Assembly: GCA_977017645.1 (NCBI GenBank)
Contig: OZ360221.1
Location: 92,318,001 to 92,382,000 of the forward strand
Source: Torpedo marmorata
Lineage: Eukaryota
DNA length: 64,000 bases
Reading direction: 5' to 3'
Made by a program: the position numbers and the translations under genes. Positions 12,591 to 24,796 of the stretch are shown here, piece after piece (position 1 is the stretch's first letter; the number at the start of each line of letters is the position of its first letter). The notes under the pieces were generated by a model. It did not search any database and was not told where the DNA came from. It saw only the letters and a list, made by a program, of their open reading frames with translations.

Positions 12591-14532
12591 CACAAGCCCA
12601 CAGGCAGGAGGTCATAGGTGGATATGGGCAGGAGGGCACAAGAGCAAAAATCTCAAAAGTGATAGAGGTAGGGTACGGCTCTCTGAATGGAGAGGGAAGG
12701 GGGTGAATAGTTGAAGGGAAGGAGACACAAAGAAGGGGAAGAAAACCAGAGAAGTCAATGTTAATGCCATCCGGTTGGAGAGTGCCCAGACGGAATATTA
12801 GGTGTTGCTCCTCCAATTTACGGGTGGCCTCGGTTTGGCAGTGCATGAGGCCATGGACAGACATGTCGGCGTGGGAGTGGAGCATGGAATTGAAATGGTT
12901 GGCCACTGGGAAATCCCCATCATTGCTGTGGACAGAGCGTAGATGATCAACGACTCGATCTCCGAGTCTGCGTCCAGTCTCTGTAGAGAAAGCCCCAATG
13001 GAAGCGCCAGATGGAATAGATAACCCCCACAGATTCACAAGTGAAGTATTGCTTCACTTGAAAGGACTGTTTAGGGGCCCCGAATGGTGGTGAGAGAGGA
13101 GGTGTGGGCGCAGGTGTAGTACTTCCTGCGGTCATAGGGGTAAGTTCCAAGGGAGAGATTAGTGGGAAGTGATAAGTGGATGAGGGAGTCATAGAGGGAG
13201 CGATGCCTACGGAAGCAGAGAGGGGAGGAGAGGGGAAGATGCATCTGGCGGTGGGATCATGTTGTAGGTAACAGAAATTGTGGAGGATAATCAGTTGGAT
13301 GTGGAGGCTGGTGGGGTGGTGAGGACAAGAGGAATGCTGTCCTTGTTGCGTCTAGGGGCAGAGGGGGCCAGGGCAGATGTGCGGGAAATGGAGGAGCAGC
13401 GAGTAAGGGCTGAGTTGATGGTGGTGCAGGGAAAGCCACATTTTTTTGAAGAAGGAGGACATCACAGATGATCTGGAATGGAAGATCTCATCCTGGGAGC
13501 AGATGCAGTGCAGGAGCCCTTGGAGATAGCAGTGAAATGGCATATAAGAACATCGCGGGTCAAAATTAAAGATCAACCTGAATCAACGTCCGTGCCTTCA
13601 GCAATATCCAGCGTACTCAAAGACAACGCATGGAGAGAACTAATGACTCAATTGGGTCATCCAAGATAGAGCGGCATTCCCATCCTCCTTTTTTGTTGGG
13701 TAAAAAGCAACAATGAAATTGACAAAAACTCTCCTCCATATAATAGCCAAAGCTTTCTCTATTTTTCGAGAAATGTGAAGAGGGCAAATTAGGCTGTATC
13801 TTGATGCCAGTGTTGAAAGGAGCAATATCTCTATTACAAATAACATCATCAGCATGGCTGGAGAAAGCCTCCACAGGTCTCTTGTCTGGTGAAGCATCCG
13901 TGGCCAGTTATTGGGTGAGAGAAAGTGAGTCTGAATGCCAAGTGATGAACTAGGTTCACCTGGAGGTCACGTTTTGGATCATAATTGGGATCCCTACAGA
14001 GCAAAGCAAATCTCATAATTTTGACTGCTAACAAAGAGAGCAGGGGTAAAAATGTATGAAAAGTGGTTGGTTTAGAAATTGATGATGGTTCTCTATGAGC
14101 GTTGAGAGGAAGGAATTTGCTGGAGGATACCTGCCGCAGCTGTCCGAACCACAGTTTGTGAAGCTGCGGAACCAATGGGCAAAGTTTCCTGTACAAGGCC
14201 CACTGTCCAGAGTCACCATTCATGAGCCCTGCCCTCGCCACCCTCCCACCCTCCCCAATCAGACCTGGAACAGATGTGAATGGCCACTTTCAGTAATCCT
14301 TTGTACCTGGGTGGTGTCCACCATGGTTGGATAGGTGAGTCCTGAATCCCCAATGACGACTTCATTCCCCTCCCACCCCCTCAGCCACCTCCTGCCTAGA
14401 ACTTTCTGGTAGGCTGTGGTAGGATGCAAACCTATGTGAAAATCTGTGAACCGTTTTGGAGTTATTAAACATCTGATATTCAGAGACATTGAAAAACTAG
14501 TAGAAGTTTTGTAAATAATTGAGAAAGAAATA

Positions 14533-15344
14533 CTGTATATTTCGGCATATAAGTTGATCGGCGTATAAGTCGATCCCACTTTTTCAGCCTCAATTTAATG
14601 GTTTTATGGTATATCCGGCGTATAAGTCGACCCCCAATTTTCAGGCTGTCCGGGCCTCCCAGAAACAACACAAAATTTGTTACAACACCACAATTGCCAA
14701 GTAACAAAGCTGTAAATTAAGCAAGTACCGGTAAGTAAAAAAAACAGTAAAAAAAAACCTTTGCTTCTGGCCGGGAAGATGCAGGTGCGGCGACGTCTTT
14801 CTCCTGAGAAGGTGCGGCGACGTCTTTCTCCCGAGCAGGAGCGGGGAGCTTGTTCTCCCGAGCAGGAGCGGGGAGCTCGTTCTCCCGAGCAGGAGCGGGG
14901 AGCTCGTTCTCCCGAGCAGGAGCGGGGAGCTCGTTCTCCCGAGCAGGTGCGGGGAGCTCGTTCTCCCGAGCAGGAGCGGGGACGTCTTTCTCCTGAGCAG
15001 GAGCGGGGAGCTCAGGCCCCTGAGCAGGAGCGGCGACCTTGTTCTCCCGGGTAGGAGCGGGGACCTCAGGTTCTACAATTGTAGAATGTCTGGGTGGGTT
15101 ATGGCGGCGCCCGGCGGTGGCGAGATGTCGGGGAGCGGCGGCGCCGGCAGTGGGGAGGTGCTTCCAGCGTCGACCTATATGCCAAATCAGTTTTTCATGG
15201 GTCGACTTATACGCCGAATCGGCGTGGATTGGTTTTTGATCTGATTTTAAGGTCTCAAAAGTATATCCGGTGTATAAGTCGACCCCCGTTTTTTGAGAGA
15301 TTTTTGAGGGTTTCAAGACTCGACTTATACGCCGAAATATACGG
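14533..15344. mobile_element. Tc2/pogo-like MITE, copy 1, with an internal 27-bp minisatellite
   Basis: TIR C(C/T)GTATATTTCGGC(G/A)TATAAGT, TA flanks at 14531-14532 and 15345-15346; internal GTATAAGTCGACCCC repeats; 27-bp array at about 14796-15065. Confidence 0.88.
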
Positions 15345-15519
15345 TAATAATTATATAGTAAAGCTAAAAATACTAAGCTGGAGAAGTAAAGTCAATTAAA
15401 GACACATGAAAATGAACATAAATAAATAAACAGACAGATAAATAGATAGATAGTTAGATAGATAGAAATAAATAAATACAGTTAAAGTAAATCAGTTAAA
15501 AAGTTCAATTATTCAATTT

Positions 15520-18500
15520 TCTCAGATTTCAGATTCAGATTTCAGATTTATTGTCAAAGTACATACATGACATCACATACAACCCTGAGATTCCTTTTTC
15601 CTGCGGGCGCGGCAGAATTACCACTTATTGGTAGTGCAAAAAATAAACTGTACACAGTGTAAACATGTAAATAAATAAAAGAACTGTAAACAGATAACGA
15701 ATGTAAACAAACTGACTGTGCAATACAGAGAGAACAAAAGAAAATCAATAAAGTGCACAAGTAAGAGTCCTTAATTGAGACTCTGATTGAGTTTGNNNNN
15801 NNNNNNNNNNNNNNNNNNNNNNNNNNNNNNNNNNNNNNNNNNNNNNNNNNNNNNNNNNNNNNNNNNNNNNNNNNNNNNNNNNNNNNNNNNNNNNNNNNNN
15901 NNNNNNNNNNNNNNNNNNNNNNNNNNNNAGAGCAGTCTGATGGTGGAGGGGTAGCAGCTGTTCCTCAACCTGGTGGTGCGAGTCTTGTGGCACCTATACC
16001 TCTCTCCTGATGGCAGCAGTGAGAACAGAGCGTGTGCAGGGTGGTGTGGGTCTTTGATGATTGCTGCTGCCCTCTGACGGCAGTGTTCCCTGTAGATGTA
16101 CTCAACAGTGGGGAGGGTTTAGCCTGTGATGTCCTGGGCTGTGTCCACTACCTTTTGGAGGGCTTTACGCTCAGGGGTATTGGTGTTTCCATACCAGACC
16201 GTGATGCACCCGGTCAGCACACTTTCCACCACACCTCTGTAGAAATTTGCCAGGGTTTCTGGTGTCATACCAAACCTCCGCAAACTCCTGAGGAAGTAGA
16301 GGCGCTGACGTGCTTTCTTCACGATGCCATTAGTGTGTTGGGTCCAGGAAAGATCCTCCGAGATAGTGACTCCCAAGAACCTAAATTTGCTCACCCTCTC
16401 CACCTCTGATCCCCCAATGATCACAGGATTGTATACCTCTGGCTTTCCTTTCCTGAAGTCAACAATCAGCTCCTTAGTTTTGGTGACATTGAGTGCAAGG
16501 TTGTTGTTGGTGCACCATTCAGCCAAGTCTTCAATCTCCATCCTGTATGCTGACTCATCCCCATCCTTTATACAACCCACTACCGTGGTATCGTTGGCAA
16601 ATTTGTGGATGGTGTTATTGTCGTTCCGAGCTACACAGTCGTAGGTGTAAAGTGAGTAGAGCAGGGGGCTAAGAACACAGACCTGTGGTGCTCCGGTACT
16701 GATGGAGATTGTGGAGGAGAATTTCTTACCAATCTTCACTGATTGTGGTCTGGAGGTGAGGAAATCCATGATACAATTACACAGTGGGGTGTTAACTCCC
16801 AGGTCTTGGAGTTTGCTGATCAGTTTTGAGGGGATGATGGTGTTTAATGCCGAACTATTCATCTTTGCTGTCCAGGTGTTCCAGGGCTTTGTGTAGAGCC
16901 ATGAGATGGCATCCGCCGTAGACCTGTTTCTACGATAGGCAAACTGGAATGTATCCGTGTCACTGCTCAGACAGGAGCTGATATGCTTCATCACCAGCAT
17001 TTCAAAACACTTGATCACTGTTGATGTCAGTGCTACTGATCGATAGTCGTTAAGGCAGGTTACTACACTCTTCTTGGGCACCGGTATGATTGATGCCTGT
17101 TTGAAACAGGTGGGTCCGATGCCCTGCTGGAGTGAGATATTGAAGATACCCATGAATACCTTGGTAAGTTGGTCAGCACAGATCTTTAATACTTGGCCAG
17201 GTACTCCATCCGAGCCGGATGCTTTCCTCGGATTCACTCTCCTGAAGGCAGCACGCACGTCATCCTCAGATAGGGACAGGATGGGATCGTCAAGGGACGT
17301 GGGGGTACGGAGGGCTCTTCGCTGTTACTGTTGTCAAATCGGGCATAGAAGGTGTTGAGTTCCTCTGGGAGAAAAGCTTTGACGTCAGCTACTTTACTGG
17401 ATTTGGTTTTGTAACAGGTTATGGCATTGAGACCCTGCCACAGCTGTCGGGTGTCCCTCGTTGTTTCCATTTTCATCCGGAATCTCCACTTCGCCGAGGA
17501 GATAACTTTCCGCAGGTCATACCTGCTCCTGCTGTACTGATCTGGATCTCCGGACTTAATGCCTGCGATCTGGCTCTCAGCAGGTTCCGGATTTCATTGT
17601 TCATCCAGGGCTTCTGGTTGGGGAAAACCCTGAATGAGTTGGTGGGGACACACTCATCCACAGCTGTTTTGATAAAGTGTGACAGCCTCAGTGTACTCGT
17701 TCAGATTCTCAGCAGAGTCCTTGAACACTGCCCAATCCGCTGACTCGAGGAAGTCCTGTAACCGTTCTTCAGCCTCCTGCGACCACTTTCTAGCTGTCCT
17801 GACCTCTGGAGCCTCTCTTTTTAGGCTCTGTCTGTATGAAGGCAGAAGGAACACAGCCAGGTGATCAGACTTGCCAAAGTGCGGTCTCGGGAAAGAAGGG
17901 TAGGCATTTCTTATCTTGGTGTAGCAGTGATCAAGTGTGCTGGGACCTCTGGTACAGCAGGTTACATGCTGGTGGTAGTTAGGCAGGGTTTTCTTGACAC
18001 AGGCCTGGTTAAAGTCGCCGACTAAGATTTGTAGTGCATCGGGCTGGGCCGTCTCTTGTTTACTGATCACATCATGTAGCTCCGCAAGTGCCTGCTTGTA
18101 ATCGGCATCGGGAGGGATGTAAACTCCGGTGAGAATCACAGATGAGAACTCACAGGGTAGATAGAAGGGTCTGCATTTAATCGAGGTTTGCTCTAAGGCA
18201 GTAGAGCAGGAGGTCGACATAACTCCAATGTCCGTACACCACGCAGTATTAACGGAAAAGCACACACCGCCTCCTCTCCCTTTTCCAGAATCCGAGTTCT
18301 GATCCAGTCTATGGATGGTGAAACCGTCTGGTCGGATAGCGGTGTCTGGTGTGTTCTCTGTTAGCCAGGTCTCGGTGCAGCAAACAACTGAGATTTGTCT
18401 TACTTGTCTGTGGTAGTAGCCTTGCCCTCAGGTCGTCGATTTTATTCTCCAGTGACTGGACATTTGCCAGTAATATGGACGGTAGGAGAGGTCTCAGACC

Positions 18501-18570
18501 CTGCGCTTCAGTCTTGTTTGAATCCCGGCCCTCAAATGAATTGGTTCTCTGACGCCATGTCAGGTCTGAC
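15520..18570 (-). mobile_element. Rex1/Babar LINE, near full length (APE plus RT, frameshifted)
   Basis: APE ORF 17654-18265 (GDFN, SDH) and RT ORF 16119-17258; (TCTGAA)n-like tail at about 15520-15548. Confidence 0.92.
15796..15928. other. Assembly gap (133 N) inside the Rex1 3' end
   Basis: Run of N. Confidence 1.
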
Positions 18571-19029
18571 TGGTAAAGAATCAGAGAGATGTAATTCTAG
18601 GCTTTATGTGCAAGGGAATATCTGAACCACAACAATGCTATCAGAACCACTGGGCACAGCCGGCATGGCTTTGCTCAGTGATCCTCAAATTATATTTTTC
18701 TGGAACCGAAGACAGCTGCTACACGATGTCATTACATAAAGACCATTAAGGAAACATTTAATGGATGGCCAACTTGTGAGCAAATGATCCATGTGTTTGT
18801 TGATGCATTTGAAAACAATGAGTTGACCAAATACTGACAGAACGTAAGGGACATTGAAATTGACAGCAGCATGAAACAGCAGTGGATCCAGTACGCTAAT
18901 TTGTGATGAATTGTGGAAATCAGTAACGACAGGGTTGTGCGGTATGTTGGCCATTTCCTGGCACTGGCTACTTAGAAATAAAATTGTGACTAATCATATT
19001 TTTGATTAGTGACTAAGAACTGAGCATTA

Positions 19030-19555
19030 AGTATCAGATCAGATACTATTTATTGTCATGTAATAAAACATTAAAGGAAAATTACATGAAATTGCCTTTA
19101 GTCTGCCATAAGGCAGACAAAGATGCGCCATTAGCATTGCTGGGTGACCCTTACAATCAGTGAAAGAAAAGCAAAAGGGACTCCCCTCAGAATCACTGAG
19201 TGTCCATGGATTCGCCTCCAGCGCTCCCACAGCCTCTGGGCCACACAAGACTCCAGTTCAGTTCAAACCATCGGTAACCTGAGCTCAGATCCAAACCTCT
19301 AACACGATGAGAAAGCCTTCAGTGCCCTGGGCCCTTCGGGAGATCTTCTTGCCCTCAGCACCCTCTCGAATCCTGGTTCTGATACCTGGTTCTCATGAGC
19401 CAGTGTCCAGCACTCCGCAGCCTGGTGTGAGTCCTTTGACCTCAAGTCGCAAGTAGCCCGCAGCTTGTGTGGGTTCCTCGCCCGCAAGTCGCCAACTGCT
19501 CACCGCCTGTGTGTGTTTCCGCCGCAGAGCCTCTCACTGGTCCGCCACCAATTTA
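19030..19555 (-). repeat. Unclassified retroposon fragment with a Rex1-like 3' end
   Basis: Minus strand ends ATGACAATAAATAGTATCTGATCTGATA, like the Rex1 tails; the body is not homologous to the other Rex1 3' UTRs in the window. Confidence 0.4.
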
Positions 19556-21298
19556 CCAAACTTCCTTAGCACCTTCCAGACTCACAATTTCTACCTGCTG
19601 AAAGGACAAGAGCAGCAAAAGCATGGGAACCCCACCACTTGTAAGTTGCTCTCCAAGCCATTCACCATACTGACATGGAAATATATTGCTGTTCTTTCAT
19701 CACGAGATCAAAATCCTATCTCCTTACGAGCATTATGGGTATCCCCACCCTCAAGGACTGCAGCAGTTCAAGCAGGCCCCACCACCTTCTCAAGGGCAAT
19801 TAGGGAAGACAAATTAAATTCTGGCTCAGTCTGCAAAGCCCATAAAACTTGAATGGATTTTTAAGAAATGACTGTCAATGAAGAGGACAAACTTTGATTC
19901 TTCTGCTGAAGGGAAGGTTGCATCCACTCAGAGACGTAGGATTTCCAGAAATTCCCACAAAGGAAGAAGAATGTCTGATGCTTATAAACATGGAAACTGG
20001 TTACTATTCATTCGTTAGCCAACCAGAAGGCCTGGATGAACAATGAAATCCGGAATCTGCTAAGTGCCAGATCGCAAGCATTTAAGTCCAGAGATCCAGA
20101 ACACTACACAAGGAGCAGGTATGACCTACAGAAAGCCATCTTCCAGGCAAAGTGGAGATTCTGGTTGAGAATGGAGATAATGGAGGATATCCGACAGCTG
20201 TGACAGGGCCTAAATGACATAACCTGCTACAAAACCAAATCTGGTGCAGTAGGACACAGCACTCTGAGATGAACTCAATGTCTTCTATGCCTGATTTGAC
20301 CACCATAACAAGGAAGAACCACTGCGCACCTCAATGCCCCCTAATGATCCTCTACTGTCAGTATCTGAGGATGACGTTCGGGCTTCCTTCAGGAGAGTGA
20401 ATCCAAAGAAAGCATCCAGTCCGGACCGAGTACCCGGCCAAGTACTGAAGACCTGTGCCGACCAACTTGCCGATGTATTCACGGATATCTTCAAACATCT
20501 CACACCGGCAGGGCATGGTTCCCATCTGTTTCAAACAAGCCTTAATCGTACTGGTGCTTATGAAATGTGTGGTAACCTGCCTAAATGACAATCGACTGGT
20601 GGCACTCACATCCACAGTGATGAAGTGTTTTGAGAGGCTGATGTTGAAGCATATCAACTCCTGTCTGAGAGGCGGCATGGATCCATTCCAATTTGCCTTC
20701 TGCAGCAACAGGTCTACGGCAGATGCCATCTCACTGTCTCGACACAAAGCCCTGGAAAACCTGGACAGCAAAGATGCATAAATCAGGATGCTCTTCGACT
20801 ACAGTTCGGCATTCAACACCAACATCGCCTGAAAACTGATCAGCAAACCCCAAGACCTGGGCTTCAACACCCCACTGGATAATTTGGTCCTGAATTTCCT
20901 CATATCCAGACCACAATCAGAGAAGATTGGTAAGAACATCTCCTTCACAATCTCAGTGTCTGCCCATGACCTCAAGTGCTATCTCACTAAGACCACCCGT
21001 AAATTGGAGAAACAACACTTGATTATCCGTCTGGGCCCTCTCACGCCGGACGGCATTAACATAGACTTCTCCGGTTTCTGCTAACCTACTCTCCATTCTC
21101 CCTCCCTTCCCTTTCCCCTTGTCTTCTTTCCCTTAGATCTCCTCCCCCTTCCCTCTCTATTCACCGAGCCATCCCTCCTGCCCTTGCTTGCTGCTGTGCC
21201 CTCCCTCCCTTATCCACCTATTACCTGCTGCAAAAAACACAAAAGCTGGAGAACTCAGCAGGTCAAACAGTGTCTTTTATGTAGCAAAGGTAGAAATA

Positions 21299-21339
21299 CA
21301 TAACCGACGTTTCGGGCTTGAGCCCTTCATCAAAGTATG
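21299..21339 (-). ncRNA. Minimal type I hammerhead ribozyme motif (U3 variant) in a Penelope tail
   Basis: CAUACU-UUGAUGA-A-GGGC(UCAA)GCCC-GAAA-C-GUC-GGUUAUG: core boxes, stem II tetraloop, and stem I pairing CAUACU with GGUUAUG. Confidence 0.7.
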
Positions 21340-21517
21340 AGAAAATGCCGGCAGGCGTCCGAACAAAGGAGTGAGGGGGGAAGGGAGGTGGCAAAGGCAG
21401 GAGATGATAGGTGGAGAAAGGAGGGAGGGGACAGCAGCAAAGAGGGGGAGGAGGGATGGCTGGGTGGGTGGAAAAAAACAGGTGAGGGGGGAGGGGGGAG
21501 AGAGAACAACAAACAGG

Positions 21518-22258
21518 TTAGTGGAAAGCAGAAAAGTCAATGTTAATGCCATCTGGCTGGAGAGTGCCGAGACGGAATATGAGATGTTGTTCCTCCAATT
21601 TGCGGGTAGTCTGGGTGGGATAGTACATGAGGCCATGGACAGACATGTGAGCGTGGGAGTGTGACCCAGAATTGAAATGGTTGGCTACTGGGAGGTCGCT
21701 GCTGCGGCGGACGGAGAGGAGGTGCTCAGCTAAGCGGTCTCCCAATCTCCGACCGGTCTCTCCAATGTAGAGAAAGCCACAAAGGGAGCACCGGATGCAG
21801 TAGATAAGTCCTTTGGATGTACAAGTGAAGTGTAGTTTCACTTGGAAGGCCTGTTTGGGGCCCTGGACCGTGGTGAGGGGGGAGGTGTGGGCGCAGGTGT
21901 TGCACCTACTGCGGGCACAGGGGAAGGTTCCGGGGGTGCGATGGGTGGGGAGGGACGAGTGCACGAGTGAATCGCGGAGGGAGCGGTCCCTGCGGAAGGC
22001 CGAGAGGGGAGGAGAAGGAAAAATGTGTCTGGTGGTGGGATCCTGCAGCAAGTGCCGGAAATTCCGGCGGATAATGTGTTGGACGCGGAGGCTGGTGGGG
22101 TGGTAGGTGAGGATGAGGGGTACTCTATGTTTGTTGCGTCTGGGGGCAGAGGGGGCCAGGGCAGATGAGCGGGAAATGGAGGAGATGCGGGTGAGGGCTG
22201 AGTTGATGGTGGTGGAAGGGAAGCCACGTTTGTGGAAAAAGGCAGACATTTCAGAAGA
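21518..22258 (-). pseudogene. Penelope ORF C-terminus: RT-thumb/linker, Cys motif and GIY-YIG endonuclease (5'-truncated, open)
   Basis: CARSRCNTCAH; GLIYCIRCSLCGFLYIGETGRRLGDRLAEH; RKLEEQHLIFRLGTLQPDGIN. Confidence 0.88.
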
Positions 22259-22390
22259 TGGAAGGGAAGCCACGTTTGTGGAAAAAGGCAGACATTTCAG
22301 AAGAGGAAATTACCTGCTGCCTTTGGGACTGTGCTCCTCCCCCACCCCTTCCTCCCTACCTTTTTGTTCAAACACCTGCCGACATTTTTC

Positions 22391-22431
22391 CATACCTTGA
22401 TGAAGGGCTCAAGCCCAAAACGTTAGTTATG
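22391..22431 (+). ncRNA. Hammerhead motif copy, degenerate (GAAA changed to AAAA)
   Basis: CATACCTTGATGAAGGGCTCAAGCCCAAAACGTTAGTTATG. Confidence 0.5.
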
Positions 22432-23192
22432 TATCTTTATATATGCTATATAAAGTACACTGTTTGACCTGTTGAGTTTCTCCAGCATTGTGCTTTTACT
22501 TCAACCATGATGTCTGCAGAATTTTGTGTTTTACTTCCTCCACAATCTACCTCAGTACCGGAGCATCACAGGGCTGCATACTTGGCCCCATCTTCAACTG
22601 ACTGTGTGCCTCGGTACAACAATAACATCATCTACAAATTAGTTGATAATACCACAGTAGTGGGCTGTATAAATAAGGGGTGGTGAATCAGCAAACAGGA
22701 GGGACATTGAAAACTTGGCTGAATGACGTACTAACAACAATCCCGCACTCAATATCACCAAAACCAAGGAGCTGATTATGGACTTTGGGAAGGGAAAACT
22801 AAAAGTGTACAATCCAGTAATTGGGGGAATCAGTGGTGGTGAGGATGAGCAAATTTAAATTCCTGGGTGTCACTATCTCGGAGGACCTTTCCTGGACCCA
22901 ACATATAAATGTCATCGTGAACAAAGCATGTCAGAGCCTCTACTTCCTCAAGAGCTAACGGAGGTTTGGTATGACATCGAAAACCTTGGCAAACTTCTAC
23001 AGATATGTAGTGGGAAGTGTGCTGACCAGTTGCATCACGGCCTGGTATGGGGGCACCAATACCTCTGAGCGGAAAGCCCTCCAAAGGATAGTGGACACAG
23101 CCCAGTACATCACAGGCAAAAGTGTGTCCACCGTCAAGAACAACTACAGGGAACACTGCCGTCGGAGAGCTGCAGCAATCATCAAGGATCCT

Positions 23193-23425
23193 TGATGCAC
23201 CATCAATAACTCCAAAGACTAGAAGTTAGACAGGAACTGATAGGCTTTTATTCACATTGGAATGGATGTACACTCGTGGTGGTCATCTGAGCTGGAATGG
23301 GGAGGGAGCTGTGGCACAATAGCCTTTATTCAGGGGTCTGTGGGAGGAGCCACAGGTACAGCCAGTAAGGGGCATGTCCAGATGACCACAAACATATATA
23401 CAGGTATTTACAGTGGTTTACCACA
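23193..23425 (-). mobile_element. Solo LTR related to the Gypsy A LTRs
   Basis: TGATG...TGGTTTACCACA, about 233 bp, collinear with 37223-37456; degenerate 5-bp TSD (ATCCT / TTCCA versus Rex1 ATCCA). Confidence 0.85.
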
Positions 23426-24349
23426 TTCCACACCTCCCAGGACATGCTCTGTACTCGCTGCTGCCATCAGGAAAAATGTATAGGTGCCACAAGACTCATA
23501 TCATCAGGTTCAGGAATAGTTGCTACGCCACCACCATCAGACTCCCAAACAACAAACTCAATCATAGACTCATTTAAGGACTCTTACTTTGCAGATTATT
23601 TATTATTGAATATTTATTTTTTTCTCTATTGCACAGTCAGTTTGTTCACATTTCTTTCTTTGTTTACATTTCTCTCTTTTGTATGCGTATCTTTTCTTGA
23701 ATACAGTTTTTTTGCCGATAAGTAGAAATTCTGCCTGGCCTGCAGGTAAAAGCATCTCAGGGTTGTATGTGATGTCATGTATGTACTCTCACAATAAATC
23801 TGAACTTTGACTTTGACTTTGCAACTATAACTGGTTGCAATGAGGATATCATGTTATTTTGTGGCATTGAGTGGTGCAGTGGGCCCAAAGGGATTGTCTC
23901 AGTGTCATGGTCGCAGTTATTTCTCTCAGGTGCCAGTGTGAACCAAAATGTAGTGATAGCAGGCCTATCAGGAGACTGTCACACCTGCAGGCCAGGCAAT
24001 TGCAACTTACAGAAGTTGTGTGGAAGCATAGGAGTGAATCACAGCAGCAGTTTGCAGTATCGAGCTATATTTTACAGCAGCTACGGGAACAAGGTGAACA
24101 AGGACAGAAACCTTCAAAACTATGTTACTGCTCACTCTATAGAGATCAGTGTTCCTTTACTGCAGCGAATGAAGGCTTCCTTTAAAAATATGTTAAAGAG
24201 GATGAGCCTGACTTTAGAAAAGATATGGAACAAAAGAAATACTTGTTCCAATTAAGGTCTCAGACCTTAAATGTTAACTGTTTCCTTTTCCACATGTGCT
24301 GCTTGACCTGTTCAGTACTTCAAGCATTTTCCATTTTCATTTGAAATGC

Positions 24350-24626
24350 AAGTCGCGTAGTCATACCCCATGAAAACAGGCCATTCGGCCCACCATGTCT
24401 ACACTGACCAGTGGATAACCCTCTGCATTAATCCCATTTCCAGCATTTAGCCCGCAGCCTTCTACACCTATGATTTCATTGCTAGGCCGAACACTTCATT
24501 AATGCTTCCATCAATGTCTCTGGCTCTGTATGAAATTTTGATTGGGCTACGTTTAGAACACCGTGTCTAGTTCTGGACATGACACCACAGGGAGGATGCA
24601 GAGACCCTGGAGAGGGTTCACAAAAG
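24350..24626. repeat. Short CR1 remnants (3' tail on minus at about 24350-24470, RT piece on plus at about 24520-24626)
   Basis: AACAGGCCATTCGGCCCA tail motif; CTGGAGAGGGTTCACAAAAG. Confidence 0.5.
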
Positions 24627-24796
24627 ACCGCGCTTCTTCCACATGTGATTTTGATCCCATTTCCATCCTGTTTTGAAAATGCTTTAGAGCCCATTATTTA
24701 ATTTATTTTGAACGGTATTTTATCAAACACATTGTTTCAATGTAATGGATATATTGCCAAATGATTTACGCACATTTGTAAAAGCATGGCCTGATT

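Larger units (their letters stand above)
10850..13505 (-). mobile_element. Penelope-like element (RT end, GIY-YIG, tail) interrupted by an L1
   Basis: ETGRRLGDR..H and HLIFRLGTLQPDGINIDF motifs in ORF 12310-13038; tail with hammerhead at 10951-10991. Confidence 0.85.
21232..22308 (-). mobile_element. Young 5'-truncated Penelope-like element inserted antisense into another Penelope
   Basis: 12-bp TSD ATTACCTGCTGC at 21220-21231 and 22309-22320; open ORF; intact hammerhead motif. Confidence 0.9.
20954..22535 (+). mobile_element. Short Penelope 3' fragment inserted in Rex1 and itself interrupted
   Basis: RKLEKQHLIIRLG..DGINIDFSGF; 13-bp TSD TCCTTCACAATCT / TCCTCCACAATCT at 20941-20953 and 22536-22548. 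Confidence 0.8.
20020..23820 (+). mobile_element. Rex1/Babar LINE hosting two nested Penelope copies and a solo LTR
   Basis: RT fragments at 20334-20781 and 22971-23195; TGAACTTTGACTTTGACTTT tail at about 23801-23820. Confidence 0.88.

Noticed and set aside
12306-12706. Pro/Ser/Cys- or Arg/Gly-rich ORFs
   Set aside because: Translations of the 15-bp minisatellite in several frames.
14796-15065. 27-bp repeats as a CRISPR array or a repeat-protein gene (ORF 14717-15316)
   Set aside because: Units are contiguous with no unique spacers, lie inside a TA-flanked MITE, and the context is eukaryotic; the frame is open only because the unit is a multiple of three.
15796-15928. Hidden insertion in the Rex1 3' end
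   Set aside because: The flanks lack only a few consensus bases, but the content is N and cannot be assessed.
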